From assembly GCA_039934295.1 (NCBI GenBank), contig JBDTMN010000005.1:921-64920 (forward strand): a DNA stretch of 64,000 nucleotides. Reading direction: 5' to 3'. A program made the position numbers and the translations under genes. The notes beneath the pieces were generated by a model. It ran no database searches. It had not been told where the DNA came from and was given only the letters and a program-made list of their open reading frames with translations. The DNA is from Candidatus Tayloriibacteriota bacterium (GTDB lineage Bacteria > Patescibacteriota > Minisyncoccia > Phycocordibacterales > HO2-43-120). This document shows, piece after piece, positions 50,399 to 62,083 of this stretch; the first letter of the stretch is position 1, and every line of letters begins with the position of its first letter.

Positions 50399-50998
50399 TT
50401 ACAGGGAAAACTTGTATTGCATGCTGGAAATAATATGTGGCAAAACATTTTGCTTTAAAAGCAGCATGCTTTGATCACGTATTCTCAACCGAAATCGATT
50501 CTTGTCTCGATTTATAGTTGCTGAAATTCCCAGAGTAGCCTCTAATATTTTAATCAAGCGGATATTCTCATCTAACGAAAAGGACTGGGTGTTAAGTCGA
50601 AGTTGGTTTCCCTCTTTCGAACCATCATCCATTATCCAAACAGCTAGAGCAAGCGGTGTTAAAAGCTTGCCAATCTCATTCGGAAGAATCTTCTTCCTAT
50701 CAAGATAAAATTTCTTACGCATCTCATCAAAATATGAATGAGAAACGCATTTGAAATAATAGCTGTTTTCTTTTTCGTAGACTGCAGGAGAGGAATTCGT
50801 AAATATTTTAAGTTCACGGTATTTCCAATCCACATATTCTTTTTGCTTGATACTATGATTCACTCGAAATGCATATCCGCATGTGGTTTTCACCAAATGC
50901 CCATCTCCCAATAGCGAACCAACAATAATTTCTTGTTGTCGTTTCGTAAATGAAAGACTTTTTGCAATTCTCGATCGAATCGTAATCATTAGAGACAA
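50399..50998 (-). CDS. LAGLIDADG homing endonuclease
   Basis: IIVGSLLGDGHL and AVWIMDDGS motifs; 199 aa; inside a 23S intron. Confidence 0.8.
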   Translation of the reverse strand: MSLMITIRSRIAKSLSFTKRQQEIIVGSLLGDGHLVKTTCGYAFRVNHSIKQKEYVDWKYRELKIFTNSSPAVYEKENSYYFKCVSHSYFDEMRKKFYLDRKKILPNEIGKLLTPLALAVWIMDDGSKEGNQLRLNTQSFSLDENIRLIKILEATLGISATINRDKNRFRLRIRDQSMLLLKQNVLPHIISSMQYKFSL

Positions 50999-51271
50999 GT
51001 TATCTTACCCTCGGGATTGCCCAACGATATTTGATAATTATACCAAAAATTATTGGGTTTCACCGATTTGAGTTGCTGTTTACTTTTGCGTTACCGCAAA
51101 AGGGAGCCTCTTGACTCTTAGGCGGAACTAGCCTGTTCAATACTTTTAGTACTAGACTATATCTTCATCCGTCCCATGAGACGAAGTCTCGTCTGGGATT
51201 AGGAGATGGCGTGTTAGCTCTGCGTATTAAACAGAACTCCGTCCGCAAAAAGCGGACAAGTCGTTACGGGG

Positions 51272-51877
51272 TCAAAGAGAATATAGTTTATAATTGAAGA
51301 TAGGATGCACATACGGCCGTATTAGGTCATGTAGTTTCTTCGTTTCCGTCACCGGAAAAAAGAGTGCGTATCCTTTATTTTTTTTGTCATACACTTTCGG
51401 GTGAAGATTGAAGTTTTGGGAAATTGCCTCCGAGGCAAAGTTTGCTTCATTCAATGATACCCGTCCAAGATATATCATGCTATAGCGATTGTGATTATTT
51501 TGATAGAAACTTCCATCATCCATATACCACACCGCAAGTGCTAACGGCTGGCGAAGCATTTCAACTAAACTCGCGGGAAGACATTTCTTGCCATTTATAT
51601 AGAACAAGCTATGCCATTTTCCAAGAATCGGCGTTGAATTTGACTGCCAGCGACAATATTTGTAAACATGGTTTGTTTTTGGATGTAAACGTTCCAGACA
51701 TATTGGTTTTCCAAGAAACAGTTTAGGAAACTGTTTAGCCTTCCAAATAAGATACTCTTTTTGAGCATCACCATGTTCCAACCTCAACCGAGCGTTTTTC
51801 AGCCCTGTTTTTTGCAAGTAGCCATCTCCGAGAATTGTTCCCAGAAGAATTGACTCCTGCCTTTCTGTTAATTTCAC
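51272..51877 (-). CDS. LAGLIDADG homing endonuclease (paralog of 50399..50998)
   Basis: ILLGTILGDGYL and AVWYMDDGS motifs; 201 aa. Confidence 0.8.
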   Translation of the reverse strand: MKLTERQESILLGTILGDGYLQKTGLKNARLRLEHGDAQKEYLIWKAKQFPKLFLGKPICLERLHPKTNHVYKYCRWQSNSTPILGKWHSLFYINGKKCLPASLVEMLRQPLALAVWYMDDGSFYQNNHNRYSMIYLGRVSLNEANFASEAISQNFNLHPKVYDKKNKGYALFFPVTETKKLHDLIRPYVHPIFNYKLYSL

Positions 51878-52613
51878 TATATTTTTTAATTAATTCTCTC
51901 GACTTCCCACGGTGTTCCAAAAACTCTAAAACCCTTTCGGGCTAAATCAATTTGCAAAGCAAATTGATCGCCCAAGGGAAAGACCAGGTTTTCGGTTCTC
52001 CGTTATAAGCCATACTTCCCGCCTGCCTAAGCCTCTCAATCTTTAATTGCTAAAGGCATAAACAAGACAGGACCCTGCCTAAGTTCCTATTTACCGAATA
52101 CGGCAATAGGCGGGCAGGTCTCCGCATCACTGCGGAGTAGGACAACAAGACACTTTTTCCCGCCCGTACCGAATGGTACATTCGGGCGAGGCAGTGTCCA
52201 TCCCCAGAGTAGCTTTTGTCCGATAATCTTCCACCGCGTCTAATGCGTATGGTCGGTTCACTATGTTCTGCTTTCGCATCTGTTTGACAAGTACGTCTCA
52301 CAGTTAAGCCAGCTTGTGCCATTACACTATCGGCACGGTTTCCATTCGCGCCTAGCTGACCTTAATAAACTCCTCCGTTACTTTTTAGGCATGTTGTTAC
52401 GAATTAGCTTTTAGCTTTCAGGTGTTAGCTGTTAGCTTAAAGATAATTAGGACAAGACATTTCTGCTTGTCTCTCTATGTCGCCATAGAGGTCGGACTAT
52501 ATCATCATCCGACATTAGTTTTCCAAGGTTCGACCTTGGATCAGGAAAAAGGTCGAACCTTAATCCAAAAATTAATGTTGGAGATCAGCGTGTAGTCTCT
52601 GAGGGAATTAAAA

Positions 52614-52913
52614 TTATTTATTACTATCGTCTGGATTTATTCCAAGAGATTTAAGCTCGCTCTCATTCAGATACAAGCATTCTTTTTGGAGTTTTAAGTC
52701 ATATAATTTTTCTTTCATTACATGCTCTAAACTTTGAAGTTTCGCCTTTTCACTTTCTTTGGGTTCCACCTGCTTATTGATTTGCTCTTTTTGTTTTTCC
52801 AAATCTTTAATTTCCTGTTCTAGACGAACAATAGCACTCTTATTAATTCCAGCACCTTTTTTGGCTGCTTCAATCACTTGGTGTTTATCTTCAGATGATC
52901 TAAATCCTTCCAT
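52614..52913 (-). CDS. hypothetical coiled-coil ORF within a 23S intron
   Basis: 99 aa, K/E-rich. Confidence 0.3.
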   Translation of the reverse strand: MEGFRSSEDKHQVIEAAKKGAGINKSAIVRLEQEIKDLEKQKEQINKQVEPKESEKAKLQSLEHVMKEKLYDLKLQKECLYLNESELKSLGINPDDSNK

Positions 52914-53455
52914 AATTTTTTAATTCCCTGCTGATTGTCCGCAGGTAAACATTGTTACTTGTAATATAAGTAGTTTACCATACTCCCTAAACTTTTGCCT
53001 TTGCAAAAGTCGGGCGAAAATTTTGCTTTCAAAATGTTCTAGCCGGATTTCCCAGCATATTGCTGATTTTTCGATCGCGATTATTCGCGAAAGTCCCCCT
53101 ATAAATTTGTTTGTTTTGGTGTGAACCACCTAGGAGGCGCCACGGATTGAAGACACAAAATTTTGCGTCCTCAAGGATAGCGCCCCACTAAAACTGCCCG
53201 CCAGGTACTGTCTCTCGCCGTTTTTTCCGTCGAAGTTAGAAAATACATTTTTAAAGAGTGGTATTTCACTTTCGGATCCACGCACCCCGAAAGGTACGCT
53301 TCAAATCCTCCCACCTACGCTACGCATCAAAAACGTATCCTCAATACCAAGTTGCAGTAAAGCTTCTGGGGTCTTTTCGTCTAACTGCAGGTAACCGGCA
53401 TCTTCACCGGTATTGTATTTTCACCGAGCTATTCCCCGAGACAGTTCTCCAGTCA

Positions 53456-53977
53456 TTACACTATTCGTGCGCGTCGGAACTTCATGTTCCATCCACTATT
53501 TCTAGTAGCACTGACTATATCTTCATCTAATGAATCAATCATCATTGTTTCAGTATATTTTCGTTTGCCTCCAGGATTCATTTTGAAAGCAATCCTCATG
53601 ATTCCTTTCAATCCTTCGGGTTGTTTATGCTTTTCTTTTTTCATCATCATGCAGATTTTTCTAAATTTTAGAAAATCAGCCTGTTTGGAAGAAAGAAGCG
53701 GGTGTTTCAGAAAATGAGGAACAATCTTTTTTATAAGATCGTCCAAACTTCTTACTTCATATTTGAGAGTTTTATCACTATAGTCTCTTCTTATAAATCC
53801 GCAACCAAATTTTTTCTGAATCATATAGAGCACTTCAGCTCTTTCTTGGTTTTGGCTTACAGAGAAACTAGGTTTGGTCTCCCACCCGATAAGCATTTTA
53901 CTTCTTCGAGAAAATGAAATGGAAAAGCACCCTTCTCCATCTACATATCCCGAAATATACTCTTCAATATTCCTCAT
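53456..53977 (-). CDS. LAGLIDADG homing endonuclease
   Basis: YISGYVDGEGCFSI motif; 173 aa; inside a 23S intron. Confidence 0.75.
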   Translation of the reverse strand: MRNIEEYISGYVDGEGCFSISFSRRSKMLIGWETKPSFSVSQNQERAEVLYMIQKKFGCGFIRRDYSDKTLKYEVRSLDDLIKKIVPHFLKHPLLSSKQADFLKFRKICMMMKKEKHKQPEGLKGIMRIAFKMNPGGKRKYTETMMIDSLDEDIVSATRNSGWNMKFRRARIV

Positions 53978-54194
53978 TAGAGCTAGCGTGTTATAGAAAT
54001 GATTATATCATTTACTATCTCAGTCGCCAACAATTGGTGGCGACTTCAGTCGATACGGGGTCAATCCTTCGATAAACTCAGGACGACTTCCCACGGTATT
54101 CTCCTGCTTTCATAGACCTCCTTAAGTCTCCAGCTAGGACTCCACCGTTATAAGCTAGTTTTATCTTGATATCACTATCAAGTTGGGCAGTTCC

Positions 54195-54560
<366 letters not shown>

Positions 54561-54835
54561 CGGTCAAGTTTATAGTTACGGCCGACATTCACCCGGGCTT
54601 ATATCAATCACCACCCACATCGTGCTGGGCACGATGTGGAGATTCAAGAATCATGATTCATGATTCAAGATTCTCCACATCACGTTCAACGTGATGTGGA
54701 CGACGTCGATATTTGACCTTCGGGCATTGGTCAAGTGTCACCCCCTATACATCCTCTTGCGAGTTCGCAGGGAGCTGTGTTTTTGATAAACAGTTGCCAG
54801 AGATACTTTAGCTGCGTCCTCGCGCGGAACGCGCG

Positions 54836-54955
54836 AACACTGAACTGAAGCAGAATCGAACACAGAACTGACACTGAACCCTATGGTTCTGCGTCTGTTC
54901 CGTGTCCCACCGTTTCTGGCGGGATTCCGTCTTGTTCCGTGCTCTTGTGCTCCGC
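54836..54955 (-). repeat. diverged copy of the pilus-operon ~95-nt element inside the 23S rRNA gene
   Basis: CACTGAACTGAAGCAGAATCGAACACAGAACTGACACTGAACC...GTTCCGTGTCCC...GTTCCGTGCTCTTGTG shares the CACTGAACTGA / CGGAAC / GTTCCGTG blocks with the 1781..1876 family. Confidence 0.5.
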
Positions 54956-55141
54956 ACAAGGAAAGCCTTATTCCGAAGTTACGGCTGCTTTTTTGCCGAG
55001 TTCCTTGGGGAAATTTCACTCGTTCGCCTTGCTCTACTCGAGCTGACTACCTGTGTCGGTTTACGGTACGGTTCTAGCATGTATAAATTTAGAGACTTTT
55101 CTTGGAAGCGTGCTTTGTCCTGTTTCGCGCGCAGCGCACGA

Positions 55142-55260
55142 CCACTGAACTGACTCGGAATATAAACACGGAACGATACTGAACCTGTAGCGGTTCCGCG
55201 TTTTTTCCGTGTTCCGCCTCGTGAGGCGGAGTTCCGTCTTGTTCCGTGCTCTTGTGCCAC
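55142..55260 (-). repeat. second diverged copy of the ~95-nt element inside the 23S rRNA gene
   Basis: CCACTGAACTGACTCGGAATATAAACACGGAACGATACTGAACC...GGTTCCG...TTCCGTGTTCC...GTTCCGTGCTCTTGTG. Confidence 0.55.
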
Positions 55261-55838
55261 GCACGATTCTCGCCCTGCTTAAAGTCGCCATTGAAGGCAG
55301 ACTTCCGGATTTTCCAGGAAATCCATCTTGCAGTACGAACGTCAAATCCGATAATGCGCAAGACATACTACACTCCGTCATCCCATCATTACATGCTAAA
55401 GTCATGGAATATTAACCATGTGTCCGTCGGGTGCGGTTTTCACCATTCCCTTAGGGCCGACTCACCCTTGGCTGATTGACATCGCCAAGGAAACCTTAGT
55501 CTTTCGGCGTGGAGGGTTCTCACCTCCATTGCGGTTACTTGTGCCAACATTCTTACTTCGCAACGCTCCACCATGGGTCACCCCTTTGGCTTCATCGCAG
55601 ATGCGAATACTCTCCTACCACGCACGCGCAAAGCGCGTAAGATACAAGTTTGTAAAGTAGAAAGTTATAAAGTTATAAAGCAAGAGGAATCCTCTTAACT
55701 TGATAACTTTATGAACCTTATAACCTTATAACTTCTTGTCCTACGTGCCCTGCACGTACATCCTCAGTTTCGGTACTACACTTGAGCCCCGATTATCTTC
55801 GGCGCAGAATCTCTCGATGAGTGAGCTGTTACGCTTTC

Positions 55839-55870
<32 letters not shown>

Positions 55871-56554
55871 TCATTGTCGGAGAAATTCCACCACCTTACT
55901 TGCACTTAGTGTAGATTTAGGGACCTTAAATAGAGATCTAGGCTGTTTCCTTTTTGACCAGTGGAGCTTAGCCCCCACGGTCTAACTGCCGAGTAGTAAC
56001 TTTCCGTATTCGGAGTTTGATAGGATTCGCGATCTTTCGACCTGTCGAATCCTTCCAGTGCTCTACCCCGGAAAGGTTCACTCGACGCTAGCCCAAAAGC
56101 TATTTCGGAGAGAACCAGCTATTACCAAGTTCGATTAGCTTTTCACTTCTTACCCCAGGTCATCCGATAGTATTGCACGGCTAACCAGTTCGGGCCTTCC
56201 TTTTGATTTCTCAAAAGTTCACCCTGCCCAGGGCAAGCTCACTTTGGCTTCGGGTCTGATGTAATGTACTTATTCGCGCTATTAACACTCGGTTTCCCTA
56301 TGGCTCCACCCTTTTAAGGCTTAGCCTTGCACATTAAATCAACTCGTTGGCTCATTCTTCAATAGGCACGCCATGACGGACAGGATTCAGTTTGTAAGTT
56401 TGCTCGCAGACTCGCTTTAAGTTTGTAAGTTTGTAAGTTTTTGAATTCAACTTACCAACTTATAACTTAAGCGAAGCGTAACTTATAAACTAAGTCCTGC
56501 CCGCTCTGACTCCTTGTAAGCATATAGTTTCAGGTCTATTTCACTCCCCTCTCC

Positions 56555-56597
<43 letters not shown>

Positions 56598-58061
56598 ATC
56601 TAGAAGTGTATTTAGCCTTACCGGTTAGTTCCGGCAAATTCCTCCGAGCCATTCGTGTCTCGAAGTACTCAAGAACAGTAACAAAGAAGATTCTACATTT
56701 TCACCTACAGGGCCATTACCTTCTTGGGCTTAGCTTTCCAGCTAATTCGGTTAATATAGAATTTTGTAACTTCTCTGGTATAAATACCACGCTACTGCCT
56801 TATAACACCGCGCACCGCACGAAAGCGCGGTGCAGAATCTTGATTCAGGATTCAAGATTCAGGAGCGCGCAAAGCGCGCAATTCTTGAATCGTGAATCAT
56901 GTCTCTTGAATCTGCATCGAACCTTTGTGAGATGCACGGTTTGGGCTCTTTCCTTTTCGCTCGCCGCTATTCAGGAAATAACAATTGTTCTTTTTTCCTC
57001 CAGGTACTGAAATGTTTTACTTCCCTGGGTATGCTTTCAGCACTAACGTGCTGAATCTCGTGCAAGCACGAGGGGTTTCCCCATTCGGAGATCTCCGGAT
57101 CAAAGGTTGCTTGGCACCTCCCCGAAGCGTATCGCCGCCAGACTGCGTCCTTCATCGCCTCTTCTAGTCAAGGCATCCACCATATGCTCTTTATTTCCTA
57201 TTAGGAAATTTATAAACCACACTTGCGCAAAGCGCACAAGATACGAGTTTGTAAAGTAGAAAGTTATAACGTTATAAAGTCAGAGAAGACTTCTCTTAAC
57301 TTTATAACTTTATAAACTTTATAACTTTATAACTTATATTCTGCGTGCTTTGCACAAGCTTCACGCTCCCGCACACACCGCATGTGGCGCGAGAACACGA
57401 AATTACTTATTTTACCTGTTGTTATTTCCTCCTCTTGAAAGAAGAAATAACCTTCCGTAACACTTTCGCGTCACGGGATTGCCTCCAAACGATCTAACGT
57501 TTAAAAAGCTATTCCACCTCCGACAAATAAAGACCCCTTCTCTCGCCTGTTGGCGGAGAAAAAGCTTGCCGGGAATGGTTTGAAGTTGTCAATGAATCAT
57601 GCGTTCTGTTTGACACTCTTTCTGTACCCTCGAAATCTTTCAAACCTTTGAAAAATTTCGAGGATAAGGATTACGATTCGGCCTAAATTTTAAACAAAAA
57701 AACCGCTCTATTCGCGCGGTTGAGTAAGACAACACAAAAAGTGGGCCGTTACTTTTTCCGCTTAAATTTAATGGTGTTTAACATACGTCTTTATGTGAAA
57801 AATAGTATAGCGCCACGGCGTTTTTTTGTCAATAAAAAAATCAATCGAGTAAACCGTGTAAAACTATCCGATATGGATATGGTGAAAAACCTTGAAAAAC
57901 TGGGGCTAATTAGGGGGAAAAGGTAAAATCGGCCTTTCTTTATGCACATCTTTTCCCCAGATTTTCCCCAGATTTGCTCTATTATTACGACTATTGAAAG
58001 ATCGCCAAATGCAAAATCCCGCTTGCGCGGGATTTTGCATAACGAAACTTTCATAGAAACC

Positions 58062-58775
58062 CTATCTTCCCTTGTGCGAAATATCATCCCGCACCTTTTC
58101 GATAATTTCAGAAGCCGCCTTTTGACCTCCAAGTCCAAATGCCAACCCAACGGCCAATGCAAGACCCGCGACAATTGCGGTGAAAAGTATGTTGACGAGA
58201 CTATCAGCAATTCTCAACTGATTAAGCGCCGCCAAAATAGTAAAAAACCAAATCGCCCACTTTGTGACTACGCCCAAAAAATTCGCGGAAGTCATGTCTC
58301 CCGCTCGGGCGCTCGATGAGACAAGTTTGCTTAAGGCATCGGCTATAATCACTCCCGCAACTAAGATAATGACAGCGACAATCACGTCAGGGATATACTG
58401 GAGCACTGCTTGTTGCAGGAACATTGTCACCTGTTTAAGCCCCAACGTCTCGAGAGACGCAACGATGAATGCAATAATGATGAACCATTTCACTAATGCC
58501 CCAATAAACTTTCCGGTATTCAATTTCAAACCTGCCCGAGTGAAATATTCTTCCGCGTTCGCCTTTCGCAAAAGAACATCGACTTTAATCGCGCGAACCA
58601 ACTCTTCTACCAGTCTCCCCACAAGACTGCCGACAAGACAGCCGAGTATAAAAAGAAGAAGGGCGATTATTAATGACGGCACAACATTGACAATACCCTG
58701 ACCAATCGATGTAAATGAGTTGCCGAGAGTATCGTCCCACATTTTTAACCATTCTCTTAACATAGTTGTAAGCAC
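58062..58775 (-). CDS. hypothetical membrane protein with conserved TM-helix repeats
   Basis: 237 aa, 4-5 TM segments, repeated LV..A...I helices. Confidence 0.4.
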   Translation of the reverse strand: MLTTMLREWLKMWDDTLGNSFTSIGQGIVNVVPSLIIALLLFILGCLVGSLVGRLVEELVRAIKVDVLLRKANAEEYFTRAGLKLNTGKFIGALVKWFIIIAFIVASLETLGLKQVTMFLQQAVLQYIPDVIVAVIILVAGVIIADALSKLVSSSARAGDMTSANFLGVVTKWAIWFFTILAALNQLRIADSLVNILFTAIVAGLALAVGLAFGLGGQKAASEIIEKVRDDISHKGR

Positions 58776-58866
58776 TTATGGTGCTCAAAATTAACGAATA
58801 ATTAATAATAGCATGGAGAAAAGCACGACCTTTTCTTTGTCTATTAATTATACCACGCCCGATTCA

Positions 58867-58975
58867 GAGAGGCTGTTGATAACCCGAAGTCATGCGACAT
58901 GACTTCGGAGCAATAGTCGTATGACTATAACCCGAAGTCATGTTCCGTGACTTCGGAGCAATAGTCGTATGACTA
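58867..58975 (+). repeat. two tandem ~54-nt repeats, each forming a CCGAAGTCATG...CATGACTTCGG hairpin
   Basis: ATAACCCGAAGTCATG(cgaca/ttccgtga)TGACTTCGGAGCAATAGTCGTATGACTATAAC occurs twice. Confidence 0.7.
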
Positions 58976-59204
58976 TAACTTTTGAGAAAATTCGAGACAA
59001 GAAGGGCTTACGCGTTTGGATGCTATTCGAGGCGCGAGTGAGGTGAGGAGCGAATACTTGGAGCTCCGCAAGACTCTGAACGTTTCGTCTGCGAAATGTG
59101 AAGAGTGTACTGCTCCTGTAAGGAGGGTGACCAAGCTGTAGTTTGATACTACTGCGCGGGAACAAGGAGGAAGCAACGAAGAAGAGCGCCAAACGCGTAA
59201 GCCC

Positions 59205-59867
59205 TTAAAAACTCAATTTAATGCCGGTTCGGTCAAAGAGAACCTCATGAGGGTAGTCCAGGATATCGCGCACAAGCTTGTCGTAGATACTCATTCGGTA
59301 TTTGAAGTCTTGAGTTTCAAGATAGGTATATTGGAGTTCCTTGCCTATTTCGGCTTCTATGCTTTTTATTGCTTGAGTGAGCTTTTTTTTCTGAATTTTA
59401 TCTCCAACAACGAGAATATCCACCCGGGAATCCCAATTCTGAATGAACACTCCCGCTATGATGACGAGCTTTACTTTTCCTATCGCCGAAAATCGTTGGA
59501 GAATTTCATTCTCCTTCACCAATATGGTGTTTATGAGGAGATTCTGAAGCTCTCTCAAATAGGTAAATCGGCTGTTAAGCGTCCAACCATGCACCTTCCT
59601 TTTGGTGTGAACAATCATCATCTTTCTCTTCTTGCCTCTTTTCTTCTTACCGACAAAAACAGCGCGGGCAAATGATTTCACAAAGCTTTTTCTCGAGAAC
59701 AGGCCGATGCCTTCGAGAGCAGACAATTCCTTCTTCGCCACATCTTTTTCCACCCGAGCCCTCTTTGACACGTCAAAGATGTCGTACGCCGACTTGGCGT
59801 TAAAAAGAAAAAGTCGCATGATTCTCACCTTTGCTTCGGACCCAAAAATTTTTCCTAGAGTGTCCAT
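59205..59867 (-). CDS. hypothetical protein
   Basis: 220-aa ORF with a basic linker (KKKRGKKRK); no motif recognised. Confidence 0.4.
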   Translation of the reverse strand: MDTLGKIFGSEAKVRIMRLFLFNAKSAYDIFDVSKRARVEKDVAKKELSALEGIGLFSRKSFVKSFARAVFVGKKKRGKKRKMMIVHTKRKVHGWTLNSRFTYLRELQNLLINTILVKENEILQRFSAIGKVKLVIIAGVFIQNWDSRVDILVVGDKIQKKKLTQAIKSIEAEIGKELQYTYLETQDFKYRMSIYDKLVRDILDYPHEVLFDRTGIKLSF

Positions 59868-60018
59868 GGGGTAGGTGTTAGCTGTTAGGTGTTAGGTGTC
59901 AGGTGTCAGTTACAGATTGATTAGGCAATTCTATCTCATCTAGCTGTGGGATAGCTAGTATTGACATTATGAGTAGCTATTGTAATATCTGCAAAGCAGA
60001 AAACACGCGGTACAAGAT

Positions 60019-60348
60019 ATGGAAAATCTAAACGTTCAGTTAACCACTCACGAGACAATCATTTTGGCGAGCCTCGTTCAACTCCTGCGAGATCAAGTCT
60101 ACAATCTTGCAGAGCAGACAGTACGAGCCTTAATGTCTTCGAAATCGCCGGACACGTCAACCGAGGAAGAGCCCCCTAAAGCTTCTCCGGAAAAGGTTAT
60201 CAATATTCCACTGCCCTTAATCTGTGCTTTGGAGCAGTTGATGAAGGATAAGGAGAAAAGCATCCAGGCGCCAAATTTCCCCATTCTTCTGGAAAGGTTC
60301 AAGGAGGCTCGTCTCTCTGCGAGGCATTCGCCCAATGGCGGTTCGTAA
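60019..60348 (+). CDS. hypothetical protein
   Basis: 109-aa ORF followed by a strong terminator. Confidence 0.35.
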   Translation: MENLNVQLTTHETIILASLVQLLRDQVYNLAEQTVRALMSSKSPDTSTEEEPPKASPEKVINIPLPLICALEQLMKDKEKSIQAPNFPILLERFKEARLSARHSPNGGS

Positions 60349-60369
60349 GAACCGCCTTTTTTATTGCAA

Positions 60370-60402
60370 AAGTCCCAAAGGTTGAACCTTTGGGACTTTT
60401 TT
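60370..60402 (+). terminator. intrinsic terminator (AAGTCCCAAAGGTTGAACCTTTGGGACTTTTTT)
   Basis: 10-bp GC-containing stem followed by a T-run. Confidence 0.75.
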
Positions 60403-60460
60403 CATGAATCCTGAATCTTGCCCGTCCGCCGAAGCCTGAGCGGAGGCGGGAATCGTGAAT

Positions 60461-60880
60461 CTATTTGAGTTCGACTTTTGCCCCCGCGGTCTCCAGTTTC
60501 TTCTTCATTTCTTCCGCATCCGCAATCTTCACTCCTTCTTTGAGAACTGAAGGAGCCGCATCTACAAGATCTTTAGCTTCTTTAAGTCCGAGTCCGAGAA
60601 CATCTTTTACAACCTTGATAACCGCAATCTTGGTCGCGCCCGATTCTTTCAAATGCACGGTCACAGTACTCTTCTCCTCTGCTACAGGAGCACCTGCGCC
60701 ACCTGCCGGAGCCGCCGCAACTGCCGCCGCAGAGACTCCCCACTTCGCCTCAAGGAGCTTGACGAGCTCGTTGAGGTCCACAATCGTGAGTTTCTCAATT
60801 TCATGAACGATTCCCTTAAATTTTTCGGGAACCTGCCCGACTGCGTCATGCGGGCGGGCCTCAATTTTTGTTTCTTCCAT
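60461..60880 (-). CDS. rplL: 50S ribosomal protein L7/L12
   Basis: Ala-rich hinge [14 protein letters not shown] and the C-terminal domain [24 protein letters not shown]...; start placed at MEETKIE. Confidence 0.9.
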   Translation of the reverse strand: MEETKIEARPHDAVGQVPEKFKGIVHEIEKLTIVDLNELVKLLEAKWGVSAAAVAAAPAGGAGAPVAEEKSTVTVHLKESGATKIAVIKVVKDVLGLGLKEAKDLVDAAPSVLKEGVKIADAEEMKKKLETAGAKVELK

Positions 60881-60996
60881 AATGTTTACCACGATACAAA
60901 TCTACAAATGCATTCGAATGATACGAATGACAGCGGGCTCATTCCCATTCGTTGCATTCGCATACATTCGTATATTGGCATCGATTTTATTAGTAA

Positions 60997-61482
60997 TTAA
61001 CTTTTCTTCGCCTTCTCACTCAACACCATCGCAAACCTCTGTCGCGGTGAATTAATGAGATTCACGAACATTCCCCGAAGTGCCTGCAAGGAAGGGATGA
61101 GAGCGATTGCCCGTATTTCTTCCTTATTTTTGAACACCCCTTCAAACACTCCGCCCAAAAGAGAGAACTTGTTTTCAAACTTCTTTGCGAATTCAAACAC
61201 TTCCCTTGCTGGAGCAGTGGGCTCGACGCTGTAGGCAACCCCGACTTCTCCTAGAAGTTCGGGCATCTCACCTTCTATTTTTGCATCGGTGAGCGCCCTC
61301 TTCACAAGCGTTTTCTTGGCCACGTAGTAACCGACATTTTTCGACTTTAAGACACGTCTTGCTTCGCTTATGTCTTTCACCGTCATCGTGTGGAAATTTA
61401 CAAAGGCCACGCCCTTGTTTTCTCGGGCAAGTTCAGCCAGTTTGGCATATATTTCTTTCTTTTTTTCTTTTGATATTGGCAT
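60997..61482 (-). CDS. rplJ: 50S ribosomal protein L10
   Basis: MPISKEKKKEIYAKLAELARENKGVAFVNFHTMTVKD...; the typical L10 N-terminus. Confidence 0.9.
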   Translation of the reverse strand: MPISKEKKKEIYAKLAELARENKGVAFVNFHTMTVKDISEARRVLKSKNVGYYVAKKTLVKRALTDAKIEGEMPELLGEVGVAYSVEPTAPAREVFEFAKKFENKFSLLGGVFEGVFKNKEEIRAIALIPSLQALRGMFVNLINSPRQRFAMVLSEKAKKS

Positions 61483-62031
61483 GCTGATTAGCTTTTAGCT
61501 ATTAGCTATTAGCTTCTAGCGTAAATAAAAACGACCTTTACCCGGTAGTGAATTTTGGCGATGCGCAAAGCGCTGGACAAAGTCCCTCGCCAAAATCTAC
61601 TACGGGGTTTGATAAAAGGCAAAGAGGAAAAGCAAAATGCTTTTGAGATAAACCTCGGCAGGTCTTGGGGGAAGGTGTTAGGTTTGAGGTGTTAGGTGTT
61701 AGTTGAGAAGATAGGAAAAATCCAATCTAATCCTGCTTACACCTTTCACCTTTCACCTGTAACCTACCCTGCCCGCTGTCTCTGGCCTTATTTCGACATC
61801 TTATTAAATTCCTCTATTTTGTCAACATGACAAGCGACGTCCCTTCCTGCGGTACTTAGTCGATTTTAATCAATTCCACAGCGGCGGCTTGATCCATTTT
61901 TTGCCGTTCATAGCTTGCGACGAGAAAAATAATTATGCTTACGAAAATTATAGCAAGAAACCCTCCTGCAAATCTAAAAAAAGTCTTGTCGAAATATCGA
62001 AACATGCATAAAGTATAACGCATCAAGTGAC

Positions 62032-62048
62032 AAGTATAAAGACAAAAA
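62032..62048. repeat. REP-like perfect palindrome CCAAGGGTTACCCTTGG
   Basis: 17-nt perfect palindrome just 3' of the transposase gene; copies at 62771, 62813, 63840, 63906 and 63966. Confidence 0.7.
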
Positions 62049-62083
62049 TCTCCAAGGGTTACCCTTGGAAATTTTTCCCTCAC

